This document shows positions 36,901-49,900 of a DNA stretch of 64,000 bases, one piece after another. A model generated the notes under the pieces. The model searched no databases. It had not been told where the DNA came from and saw only the letters and a program-made list of their open reading frames with translations. The stretch is from assembly GCA_963924565.1 (NCBI GenBank), contig OZ004613.1, positions 22,506,001 through 22,570,000 of the forward strand, written 5' to 3'. Origin of the DNA: Ascidiella aspersa (lineage: Eukaryota). Made by a program: the position numbers and the translations under genes. Position 1 is the first letter of the stretch; the number at the start of each line of letters is the position of its first letter.

Positions 36901-39069
36901 CTAGAAATAATATTAAAAAATAAATTAAGGAGCGATTTACGTTTTCCTGAATCAAGAGGGTTTTCATTATGTTATTTTAGAGGAAATTTAAGATTGACCC
37001 CATGAGAACGAACAAGATTCCGTCAATTATAACTTTCCTGCTCTGAAGAGCGAGGCGTTTCCAAATTTAGCTTGAATTTCTTGGTATACTGGTTTTAAAT
37101 CTTTTTTAATTCATGGCCCCTTTAGAGAGACAATAAAAGTACAAGACTTTAAGTTCCTATTCCGTTTCGTTTGTTATTTTATTCGTCACGTAAAACGATC
37201 AGCAATTTACAGGACAAATGGGTTGTGTTTTGAGCTTACGCTTACAAGAATGCTGTTGAAATATAACCCCTGTATGGACCGGGTAAACATAAATTGCGAC
37301 AAAATTGCAAAGCTTCAACCCGATTTATTAGCGTAAATAAAATTTTAAAGGCAAGTTTCGGCCAGTTGACAGCTTCGGGCGTAAAACACTGTTTTTTAAT
37401 ACACGTACAAGGCTCTATCTATAAGCTCTATATTGGGTTTGTTTTTCGCTACGATGCAATTATTGACGTTCAATGCCACTGCGGTAAGATGCTACAATCA
37501 ATAGAGAGCCCTAGAAAACGAATAAACAACGACCTGAAAAAGCGAACATCAATAATTGATGGTATTTCATGCGTAATTAAATGACAACGTTTTGAACTTG
37601 ATTACAAATGCACCTTAGTACGCTTCTAACGAGTGTGATTTGTTAATGAAGGATCAAATTCAGTCGATATTGAAACAATTACTGAATGGAGGAATGTTTG
37701 TATTGCAGGCTTCTGTTAGGATAAAGTAAAGAACAAAACATTTCGTCTAACACAAAATAATATTACTAGCATAATAATTATAATCAATCCTTGGTTTTTC
37801 AGCGCAAAACCGTTTGTGTTAGGGTCTTAAAAATTGACGAAAGAGCTAATGTTTTACCTTTTTTCAACTAAGACCCACTACCTTCAGAAATGTAACTGAT
37901 GTTGATGTCGCTGGGGGTTACATAATGGAACAGGCAATAAACAAGTATTTCATAAGAAAACTTATAATACATCGATCTTGCGAAAACGTGTTTAGGTCAC
38001 TGTAGGAGTATTATAGGCGTCCGCCGTCCATGTTGAATTCAAGATACTTGTTATTTTCCATTAGAACCATCATGTAGCAACAATTGCTCGCGTTTTAGGA
38101 ACTGCTTAACGCAATACGTCTTGCCAACACCCGTTACCGACTTAGGGAAGTCGAAAACGATTTTTTTAGGTTGTATAATTTTCGTAGTGTACACTGCACA
38201 CAAGTGTAAACTGTATAGGTTGTAAAACTGTGCTCTTTACAAAATAGGTTTTCCAGAGTAATTTGTTTTGAATATCAGCTACGGGGTCCACAGCAGAAGA
38301 AACGTTGAAAAACAGTGTCTTTCCGAAGGCACACTTTAACAATACTCGTACTATTTCGTCAACGCCGTTAACGTGTATATCGCAACAGAGTAGGAAGTCT
38401 CGCCGGGTTTTCGAGCGTGTCGCAAAGGTCGTAAAGTGTCGCGCGCCTCTGATTTAATTGTCGCCCTCGATCAATGCGACACGCGCGCGCGCGACAGCAC
38501 GCTACAGCTTTAACTGATTGCATTTCGTTTCGCTTTCGCCCGAGCTGCGTTTTTTCAAAGCACGCCTGGTCGCCTCCAATACCGAGAAACTAAACGCGAC
38601 ATTTGCGTTAGCGAGCGGGTGCCAAGTGCTGCCGAATTAGTTTCGACGGAGAGCCGATTTTCACCCAGCCGTATGAAACAGAAATGGAGAAATTAGGGCC
38701 TAATCAATATTGTCGGAAAGAGTTCAGTGGTGAATCATATGGCGATGAATTATATAGCTGTGCAGATAATGGGCTGTTAGTTAGGCTGACTGGTGTGTAG
38801 ATGAGAAATTTGGTCGGAAACTATTTCTTAAACTTAAGAGTTTCAGGCTCGGGGAATTAAAGATACTGATTTAACTTCCGAGGATCGTCTACCATAAAAG
38901 CAGCATAGAGTTTGAAATTTTACTTTTGAATGCACAGCAGAAGCTAAGATGTTGTTACATAATGTATTGATGCAGAATTTCCTATTCTAGCGAGCTCGTC
39001 GAATTTTAACTGAAGAGATTCGTTTTCCAAGTGAAGTGTAGACTTCTTAGAGCGTGGGAAATTAGATAA

Positions 39070-39403
39070 TATACGTTAGCCTGTAACAGGCCGTGCGTTT
39101 TCATTGCCTATGAAATGTGTCAGTTGTAAGATACTTGTCTTACAGCTGTTCCTGTAGTTAGGACAGAACTGTTTTTATACACTGTGGAAGTGTCTTTGGG
39201 GGTACACACAACTGTTTATTTTACCTTTTTTTTTCTGATAAAATAGGCTGTTAAAGCGAAATTTAATGTTAACAATGTAGTATTATGTTTGTGAAGCATT
39301 GTGGGAGTTATTTATTTATTTGCCTTAGTTACGTTGGCATCAGCAGCTTATTTCTGTCGACATTTTCTAAATTTTAGTTATACAATAAAACGAACATACT
39401 GTC
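39070..39403 (+). repeat. ~330-bp direct repeat, copy 2
   Basis: Near-identical to 35012-35344. Confidence 0.9.
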
Positions 39404-40167
39404 CCAGCAGCTTTTAACCTAAGAATACAGCGAGATATCAACGGGAAAGGCCACAGATTCAAACGAGACCAGAGGGAGCCATAAAGCGACGCAATCCATC
39501 GTCCGAGCCGTCCATGCAGGCGCGATAAAGCCACGTAGGATATGGGGGCTAATGAATGTTTAAATGCAAGGGGCGCGGGTCTCCGACAGGCCGTATATCA
39601 TCGACCCGGGCAGTGGTAATCGAGGCTTTGCTGTTTGTTGTGCGATACGAATGGTGGCTTAAGCGAGGTTTAGGAAATGTTTAGGAATTAGTCTCGTATT
39701 CTATATACATATTGACATGGTTGCCACACAATTTTATGAAACAAATTCTAAGACTTTTCAAAGAAAATTAGTAGTTTTTTTTAGAGACCTAAAATTGGAG
39801 AGATCGACGTTTGTTAAATAAGATTTCTTTTTAAAATAAGATTCGAAAACAAAACAGTATAAATGCTATGGTCAACACAATTAAAAAAGACATTCCAACG
39901 GCACTCGACATAATATAAATTCAAAGACGTTTGGGAAAAAAGTGGGTTTTCAAATACTGTTGTTTAATAACAATGTCTAAATTTAAAGACATTCAGACTT
40001 CAGAGACTTTTAAAAATTAATAGACTCAGTGCCAACCATGTTTATATACGCCCGCACTTGAGCAGTACACTTGAGCAGGCGTTTAAACGTGACTGGCAAT
40101 AAGAAACCCCAAGGCAACACTTTTTTATTATTTGTCAAAATGTTTTCTTTTCGATGAAACTTTAGGG

Positions 40168-40583
40168 CAGGGGCGTGCAACTGTTTATCGCAACGGGCTA
40201 TAATATATAGTTATGATGGTGCTGCGGGCCAGACAATCGAACAACATATACATTTTTTGAACAATTTTTTCATTAAAACAACGTGAAATAATAATAAATA
40301 TTTTAAACACTGCACCTACATAGTAAGATCACGACCATGTTACTGAATCATTACCAGCAGAACAAACAGTTTGACTACAATGCACACTATGACGCAATAA
40401 TGGATGTTTGGTCAGTGTGACGTAATACAAGTTGAAAAATGCCAATAACTCCGTTACAAATAACTTTTCCAACAGTGAAAAGTATTTAAAATTAATGGGC
40501 TACCTGACGAAGTATGTGCGGGCCACGTAAATAGGTACAGCGGGCCGTGCTGTGGCCCGCGGGCCGTATGTTGCACGCCTCTG
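40168..40583. mobile_element. hAT (Charlie-like) MITE
   Basis: TIRs CAGGGGCGTGCAAC / GTTGCACGCCTCTG; exact TSD CTTTAGGG; GGCCCGCGGGCC motif. Confidence 0.92.
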
Positions 40584-41031
40584 CTTTAGGGCAATGGTAA
40601 TTGTAAGCATGGTTGACTTCTTTTTAAGTCTACAAACGTGTCTATTGTAGCCCACAACATCATCGGTTGTACAGCAGTATAGTTTGTCAACTTAATACGT
40701 ATAACACATTTTCAATTATGGCGACCTTCCAAAATTATTTAAAGACAAGTTAAGTCCTCATAATTGTGGTGCTAAATCCTTTAAAATATTTTTTTACATT
40801 TAAACCTTTGGATATTCCAACATACAACATACGCCCAAAAGCCTCGATTATTTTAAGTGGAAATTGTAGCGAGCGAGAAGGAAAGATTAAACTGTAGTTA
40901 GCCACACAGAAATTAAACATTTTCGCATACACGACATTGCGACCGAGTCACGTATTTTTGTCTTAATCATAATATATATCCGTCATCATAAAACATAAAC
41001 ATATATTTGTACTTGCTCTCAATCAGCTTAC

Positions 41032-41041
41032 TTGTCCGCAT
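41032..41041 (-). CDS. CMSS1: Candidate short alternative first coding exon of CMSS1 (ATG CGG ACA A|GTAAGC)
   Basis: A-rich leader aaaaca-ATG, strong donor, phase 1 compatible with exon 2. Only 10 nt, so it could be chance. Confidence 0.4.
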
Positions 41042-41564
41042 TGTTTTGTTTATTTTTAGTGACTAGCAAATAATGCATTGTTTTGTAGTGAAATAAATTT
41101 CTTTGAAGAACTTACAAATGACTGACTTTGGTTGAGACAGGAAAGTCGAGAACATATATTATAATAGAACGAAGTAAATGGTTCTCGGCATTTAAACATG
41201 TTTAATTCGTGGTGGCTCTTTCAAACCAGTTGCTTTTGGGTCGTTTGTGTCAAAGAACTACCATGCAGTCAGTAAAGGGCTATGATTTCTGGGGTAGTAT
41301 AACAGCAATGAAATTCTGCTGAACCGTAAAGCGGCCGGAGAGATTGGTGTCCCACATATAGCCTGCAAATTCCATTAGAAGCATATCACCTTTTGCAAAT
41401 GCGTTTTCCTTTTACAGATTGGACGTTCGCACGCCTGATAATGCAATTCGCTTGTCGGTAGCAGACTGCTTAGGACATTGCTGGCCGCCTCTGCCAATTT
41501 GGATTACTGTTTTGCGAGACCGGAAAAGTATGAATGGGATTTAACAGGAAATAAACAAGAAAAA

Positions 41565-41591
41565 ATGCTGTGTTCGAAAAAAATTCCGCTG
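41565..41591 (+). CDS. Candidate distal alternative first coding exon of the FILIP gene (MLCSKKIPL)
   Basis: aaaaATG, donor CTG|gtaagt, phase 0 compatible with exon 47853; strong acceptor ttttcctttacag at 41416. Confidence 0.45.
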
Positions 41592-44500
41592 GTAAGTGTT
41601 GGTTTATTTGTTACTTTGTTTGTAAATGTATAAAGTGGTAGTATTGAAACCAACTATATAGACGCCTTAGCTTAGACAATCCGACAAAATAAAAGTTAAT
41701 AGTGCGGTCGTAACTGTTTCGTATAGGCAAGCTTGCACTTGAACAAATATAGACAGACATATAGTGTTTTATTATACTTGACTACCATGACAATATTTGC
41801 ATAATATGGGGAAGAGATTTGCTTTAACAGAAACTACAAATTTAAACAGAAATCTGCAGTTTTAAGTTGCGCTGTGGCAATAACATTTAATACTCACAGC
41901 CTTACACTCATAAGAAAAAAGTTTGTAAAATCCACTCTTTGTTTGGTGGCAACAATTTGGAGAGTGTGGCCTATAGCGCCAACATTGGCCTACTTTAGTT
42001 TCGACCTTTGCAAAATATGCCGAACATTGGTATTTACCGAGTATTAATTTAAATAATTTAAAATCAAGGCTACATGCCAGGTCAGCATAACAACGGCAAT
42101 TCTGCTGACCAACAATGTGATTTATCCGTAATTTATAAACAAAAGACTTCTGGTCAAGAGCGGTTAGTTTTTTTTTCCAGTTTTTTTTTTGCAAACGGTT
42201 AATTTTTTTTCAATATAACCAGCCATAAACTTTGGCACGATTTAACTAAAAAAAACAATTTATTGGTGAATAAGCGAAATGCCCTGTGATGGGAACACAT
42301 CACTTTAGATCGCAGGTGGCCTGCTTAAGCAGTTTGCGCGAGCTATCATCAAGGCACCGGGCAAGAATTCGAACAGGGGCTGGCCTTTAATAATTGATGC
42401 CCAGTCGGAGTTCGATCGGCGGTGGGCCACCTACTTTTGTCGGGCCCATGACGGCCACCCCACGTCGCTGCCACCAAAGTCGAAGAGATAAGTTCACGTT
42501 CGCCGACTCATGCTGCTCCAGCAAGCAGTCGTCGGTCGGTTAAGCGTTCGCAGGGCCTCGCGTCTAGACTGCGCGAAAATCTCTACGGGGTTTTATTGCA
42601 AACGTTTTATCGAAACTGCAAACCAAATGCTACCACACAAAGTTGCCAACAAAGTTGTATTCGACTGGGAGTAACGGTTTTGAGGTTGTGTGTATATAAA
42701 TCACTCAACTGTATTTGCCACACCGGGCCAGCATCAAGATAAAATATTCTACTTTGCGTATATAGGTGTTTCGTTCTGAATCAACCTTTTTATCGTTAAA
42801 TACAGCTAAATAAGTCCCGAACTTTTAACAGGGAAATTTGCGTAAAAAAGCTGATGTGCAACTGCTATTTAAAGCCATTCGAAAAACGCAATTTCAAACG
42901 ATTTTCATGCTTCTTAAACAATCTTTGGTCAAATTTTGTTAATGTTGTGGGTGACTGTTTAGAAAATTAACAGTTAACCAATGATCCTACAATGAGCAAG
43001 TTCCGACGTAGTATCATTAGAAGTCGTTAAGGCAATGTTTTATATGAAAACAATTAGCTGATGTTATTACCAAGGGCAACTTACTACAATATGCTTCAAA
43101 TCCCATAGGCACAATAAAGCAACCGATTTACAAGAAAATAATTGTTTTGGAAACGAATAGTCGTTTGGTAATGGTGCGGTGTCATCATCATTACTGCTTT
43201 CTTGGTATAAAATTAAGTAAGTAGCAGGGATATTGTTTGTCGGTTTTGGAAATACTGAACCAATTTTACAATACGATAGGAGATGTGTATGGTGTATTTA
43301 CAGTATCAAAGATAAATATTTTAAACAACGCTATTTGCCGCCCAGTAACTTATCACAACTTGGTAGTCTACGCCGCCACAACAATTGAATTATAACTCAA
43401 AGGATTCTGTCAAATATTGTACACCAAAAAAACAGAACCTTTAATTTGGTTAGCGGTCGATTTTATTAGGTTTATGAGTCGGCACTTGAGACAAGCGTGG
43501 TGATAGTGGCTCGGTGGCCACTCATAACCGTCCATAAGCCTTGGTCGTCGGTGCACAAAACACCACAATGCAGCTAAATCAACAGCAAACATTTCTGTAT
43601 TCTGTGGACTTTTGTGAGCGGTCAAATACGGGCATGTGGTGTGCTGATGCTGGACGTTGGCCTCCTGTGAGGAAACAAAGGCTTTCAAATTCATTTAACA
43701 CAGTACTTGAAAAAATACAAGTTCAATAACGTATAATGTGAACTGTTTGTTTGTCAAAAGTTGAACTCGGGGCAACTGAAATAATTACCCAGTGTTTGGC
43801 TACCTAGCGCAATTTAATTTTAGGTTGCATTTTTTCCTTGCTATTAAACGAAACCTTCAAGAGGTAGTAAATTTGTCTCGCCAAAAAAACTATGAAGCTA
43901 TCGTCGAAAACAAAACAGGATACAACAGGCAATTAAAAAGGCCGTGACCAGACTGCGTATAAGGCCAAGAACAAAACAAATGCGAGCGTCGGTGCAATTC
44001 GTAAGAGTCGCCGACATTTAGAAATGACGCCATTGGGCCACGACAGGCATTCGTAGGCTTTGCCTGCCTCAGTCGACGCCACAGTCAATAAGCAAAAGCG
44101 GTAAGGCAGCACTTAGCCTCCACGGCTCGTCTATCAGTGTGGGAGATAGGCGACTGGCTGCCACTGCTGCTTTGAATTAACAGGCGACCACCACATGTTT
44201 TGGAATTGGCAAGGGGCGTCTGAACCGCGCGGCCTTGACGTAACTGCTGTTCTTGGGCGAGCGATGTGCCTGTCTGCTGTGAGAGTCGCATGGCAAAAGA
44301 AGCAGTGACAGCACTCAAGTTTTGGTAGCATTTGGCAAGATGTTTGTGTTGTGTGCTGGCGAATCTAAGTAATGTTGAGAACCTAGCGCGTTTCTTGTTT
44401 CAAGGATTCTTGTTTTACCGGTAACATGGAGGATTACGATACGTTAGTAGGCAGATTAGCTATGCAAACCAATGTCCTGTGGTTGGTCCACACAACGGCA

Positions 44501-45117
44501 AGACTGAAACAAACAAATTTTATCTTCCGTTGTGCGCTCCAGGTCAAGAAAAAGTTCCGTTTTGGAAATACCCATTCAAGGTTTTATTTCTTCCGGATAT
44601 CAATTCTTTAGAGTTTGCCACCGGCTGCTTTGATAAGCGCGTGGACGAATCACGATAATCTGATTAGGTCAACAGTTTACAAGCGGTAAGCCATACCCGA
44701 CGGGATCCAATTGCAGCGGAGAGATCAGCTCTAATCTAACCATAGGCTGAATGTGCTAATTGGAAGTATCTGATCGTTTTGTAACAGTTCCAGGTTGCTA
44801 AAGGGGTTCAGGTTTACACAAGTTTTGTTCGTTTGAGGTTAGTGGCGGTGACACTAAACACCATTAGACAATACACAGTAAGAATATAAAAGCCCATACA
44901 ACAAAAGTAGGTAGACATCTGAAGTTGAAAATGAAACAGAGATATTCGAAAGGTTTAAAATGCTACCTACTTCTGAATGGGCTGTGATATTCTAACTACG
45001 TCTTACTACAACCCCCAATCATTATGCTCCAAAGTGTGAGGCAATAGTTCGTTCATTTCGACAAAGTGGAAATGTGTAGTGTAAGAAGTTCAGTTTATGT
45101 CATATAGCGACGTGACG

Positions 45118-45119
<2 letters not shown>

Positions 45120-45156
<37 letters not shown>
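45120..45156. repeat. (GT)n microsatellite
   Basis: Directly visible. Confidence 0.95.
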
Positions 45157-45160
<4 letters not shown>

Positions 45161-46590
45161 AAAAAGTGGAACCAGCCAGCGTAGAAATTGTTGGCTGACA
45201 GATTTCAAACGTAAACAACTGCCACTTTACATGAAGTACAGTATCGTGCGTTCAAATGTATATTTTCGTGTAAACATACGGCCCTACACGCACGCACGGG
45301 AATAGAGTATTTTCGATCGCGAATTCAGTAAAGAGCGCTATCAGTTATAGCGTTTCGATCGAACAAGGCGAGTAATTTCCATGGAGCGCGGTTCTTTTCC
45401 AATTTCCAGGTAATAATCGGGAAAGCGGGCACCATAGTATCGTAGATCGGCAATTAGTCATTTGGGACTGCGCGCGCGCAAATTGCAATCACTTGCATCA
45501 TATCTCGCCGGCGCGCTGTGCAAGCACTTTATATTTCAATGATTGTAAGCTACAAAAGTGTAGATTGAAGTGCAGACATTCCTAACACATATACAGGTGT
45601 AAACTAGTTTGCTTAGCAATGCAGATTGTATGCTCCTTAGATTTTCACTCTACAGGAGAGAAAGTAAAATTGGTGGACCAAGGTTAATTTATTTGCTGAT
45701 TCAAGGTGTTTTCCACCAACCTTGAATGGGTTTCAAGTTACAAAGTTTGAAGTGCAGCATTCATTTAAAACATTTTTTTTTCAACAGTTTAATCGCAAAG
45801 GAAGTGTAGTCCAGATAAGTATAATGAGCCAATAATAAAAAAGTGGGAGATACAATAAAGAAATGCTCATACGGTCCACGCACATATATATTGTGCAATG
45901 CGCCCACATGTGTACACTGCATTCATTTAAACTATTGTCAACCAAACTATCATAGTTTGTATTATCATAGTCATAAGTTAAAAAAACCCTTTATAATCAA
46001 TGTTGTACTTGAAATAAAAGCGTCCCATAATAAGTTTGACTGAACAACCAGGAGTTAATAAAGAAATGTAAGAAAACAATACCTTTATTGGCATAATAAT
46101 GGATGACTGTTTTGAAGACATTGACTTTAGTTTTATGGTAAGTTAACCAGTATACATATAGTATACAAAATGTTCAATTTTTGACTTTTTTAAATCACTA
46201 TGTAGACCATTGGTCAGGTCTTTCTGTATTAGCAATTTTGAAAAACTGCAAGTTTAAAAACCGTAGAGATGTTGTTTATATTGCTTAAATGTTTCCAACT
46301 GGACTTCTTGGTAAACTATCGAAAAAGCACAAAAAATAACATTCAGTCGATTGTGCTTGATATACATTTTGTATGAATAAGAAAATACCCCTAAAAAGTG
46401 ACGACAAAAACTTTCGCCAACACCCTTTAAAATTTTCTGTTGTCAACGCTAATGGAGTTCAAAACAGATGGCCGATGCATATTACTAAAATACTACAAAT
46501 CGAATTATTTCAAGGTGGTTATGGCCAGATTTAAAGGGACGCCCAACAGTCCTGAAACGGTTCGAATATCTCCCGGGTGACTGGGTGCCT

Positions 46591-46599
46591 ATAAATATA
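46591..46599 (+). promoter_or_regulatory. Candidate TATA box for the proximal FILIP first exon
   Basis: cTATAAATATAg in GC-richer context ~330 bp upstream of ATG 46922. Confidence 0.35.
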
Positions 46600-46921
46600 G
46601 CCAGGAGGTCGGGGAGAAAAAAGAAACGGTTGGAATGCAATTAGAGTCGCCTGTATGACCTCTTCCTTATGCGCTGGATTATTCCTGCGGTTGAGACTAA
46701 CAGAGTCTCGGTTGATACAATACTGCAGGCCGCGGTATTAACGTACGCATTGCAACCGCACAGCTATCGCCACATTTAAATGTTACACCCAGGCCGACCG
46801 GACGATAGCGGATTACGTCAAAGGGCAGGCTCCTAAAGCGCGAAAGAAAATAGGCCGAGAAATTTTTTGAGTTGCACTGGATTTGTAAATTTCGCTGTTG
46901 TAACGGACAAAGAAAAAATAT

Positions 46922-49900
46922 ATGCGGTTTAGCGAAGCAACAGGGAGCATCATGTGTGGAAACCGCTATTCGCGCGAATTTCGCGACAAAGACGACAATT
47001 GTAATAACGGAGTCGCCAAGGTTCGCTTGAAAATGTTTGCGGCAGAAATTTCAAGTTGTTAGCTACTGTATTTAAGAGATGTGTTTACAAGCTAAAGTGC
47101 TCCTGGGATATCGGATCCGTGAAATTTAGAAGCTGAAAAAAATGTAAAAGATGTTTTGCCCTCAATATTTATTCACAGTCAAAGGCGAAAATCTAAACTA
47201 TTTTTTAACGAGAAATAAAATATACTTTAAGAACATCGATTTTCTCGCAGTTTTATATAAAAAAATTTAAAGGTATTACTTATAGGTGCAAACCAAGGAT
47301 GAGTGCAAACCAAAGATAACTTAGTGCCATGTGCGTTAAAGTCCTTAAACAAGTTAAAATAACCACACCAGTATGGGTAAAAAAAAAGTTTGCGTTCCAA
47401 GAGTTAAATAGTAATAAAAACCTTGCGCGGGTTTTTTTCTAGTGTTGAAAACTGCAGTATTCATCCGAGTCAGCTGCATTAGAATGTCAAACGTTGACAT
47501 TTACTGAAAGGAAACTGATCTCACAAGATCAGTGACGCTATTTTCCTTTACAAAAATGTCGCAAACTTTAGAGCAAACTGAGCGAGAATTCAGTAATTTG
47601 GTCAGTGTACTTTATTACACGAACAATACGATTGCAGCGCACATGCTTATAGTTAATTTTGAATATTTCAAGTTTAAGCTCTTCGTGATATTATAAATAT
47701 TATACGTAGCTCATTTGACATGTGTAAAGATGTAACAACAACCTGAACTGATCATATAACAGAAGGGGTATGCTGTTACGCTTTGCACGGCATTTTAACG
47801 TCAAACTCTTGCGTTTCTATCAATATCAGTTGTTTGACTCGTTTGCCTTTAGGTTCCAAACGAGATCGACACAGGAACGGTCCGCAAGCACAAGAAGAAG
47901 CATGCCGACTCAGGTAACGCCTGCTCGACGTTTTTTTTAAACCTTAACCTTCAAGGAAGCGGCGCGAGCAGTTTCGCCATTTAAACGTAATAGCAAAACC
48001 GAGCGTCGAATATCGCTGGCGAAACAAAGGCGAATGGAAATTGCGCAAGTATAGGGTACAATGAAGCCACCGCACTGCGATTAAACACTCGCATCGGACG
48101 GCAATCGAAACACAACGCCGCGCGGGTGTTTGTTTTAAGGGGCCGGGTCATACAAATGTTTCCCGGAAAAAGGGTACAATTTGAAACGGAACACCGGCCA
48201 TAACAGAGTGCGCCGCATCGCAGCTAGAGATATGCCAACACAATCAAACGCCGCAGCCGACGCCGAAGGACGTTATACATTCGCTCGGAGTATTTAATTG
48301 ATAGGCTTAATTTAGGGAACCCGGCATAGTGTTGAGGTAGGTTACAGACGCTGAAATTGCAGTTATGTTGAAAATCTATGATCGTTTGTGTTGGTAAACA
48401 AACTGTAAAATGTATTTCGATTTGACAAATGCAGTACGCTCAGCAGAGCTTTAACATCTCACTACAAGTTAAGTGTGGTGCTTTGATTCTACAAATAAGC
48501 AAAAATAGTCTTTTCATGACTATTAATGAGTTATGCTTCACCGCTATGCCAGTTTAAGATTAAGGAGGGGCTTTAAAAAGTAGAACGGGTTAATCTGGTC
48601 AATAATGTCACCCGTGCTATAGTTTGCAGGTTTTCGATTTGGCTTATCTGTTTATTTAGATGCGGATTACCACCTTTGCTAAAAGTTTTATGAGCGTTAA
48701 AAATGCAATTCAATTTATCAGCGGGGGTTAAAACTAGGGGTCGATCGATAGCACTTTTTTGGACCGATACCGATACCCGATTTTTTACAATTTTGTCAAC
48801 CGATACCCGATACCCGATACCGATTTTTTTTATATACCTTAGAAATGTTCAAAATTTGAATTAATTGAAAATAAAATCCAAATAACGTTTTAGATTATAT
48901 ACCTTTATTAATTATTAAACTAATATTTTGCATATTAACTTGGTGTGATTCTAAAACCCATTTTTTTTTGTTAAAAAACCGGTAGAAGCCAAATATCGGC
49001 CGATATTATCGGTAAACCGATATATCGTTCTATCTCTACTTAAACATCCTAAAGAAATTCAGCTTTATAAAAATATCAAAGTCCATACAGTTAGGTATCA
49101 TTTTGAACATTTTGAACAACTCTTTATTTAAAAATGAATTCGAAACGTCCAAAATGATACCTACTTCTTTATGGGCTTTGAAATTCTTATTACGTCTTAC
49201 TACAACCTCCAACCATTATGCTCCAAAATTCAGTTTTATTTTTCGTACACTCAAACAATCTCTCTCTCCGGCAGATTCGGACCGTGCACGGGACAGGACA
49301 GACAACCACAGCGACGCGGACAACGATCAGCAGCACAAAAACAGCAGCTTGGCTTCGCGCTACAAGCAAAGTCGTGAACAGGAGGATAACTCCGGCCTCA
49401 AGTCGTCTCTGACTGGCGGCGTCGAACCCAACATCAACCTTAGCAGAGACGAGCTTCTAAAGCTGCTCAGCGTTTTCGAGGGCGAGCTCCAGGCCAGGGA
49501 CGAGGTCATCGCCATCCTGAAAACGGAGTGCGCGCAAAACCCGGAAACGAGGTTGGTTTTGCTGACGCGCTGCTTTCGCGTTAAGTCATCAAAAATTGGC
49601 CGATTCTTGCGCTGCCGATTTCAAAATGAATTAGAGTTTCTGTGGTTTTTTTCGCCGTTAAATCGGTAATGTTGCAAAGGTGTTAAGCGATTTATTGTGA
49701 GCGCATTTGTTTTTTAGACAATCAGATTGGTGGTTAAGATGTGCATGGTATTGCGAAGTAAAATGCTTCTACCTATATTATTATAATTTAAACGCTGTCG
49801 CTTAGTTGCAAATCTACAAAATCAGCCGTTATCCTCGACTGTTGGAATCCCTTTTGTTATCACTTTTTGTCCCCATCAGTCATGAATGTATAATTTCCCA

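Noticed and set aside
38010-38031. aacATGG start on - strand upstream of CMSS1 exon 2
   Set aside because: Stops after six codons (MDGGRL*) with no donor.
35012-39403. LTR retrotransposon bounded by the 330-bp repeats
   Set aside because: No TG..CA ends, TSD, PBS or gag/pol, and the interior contains a host exon.
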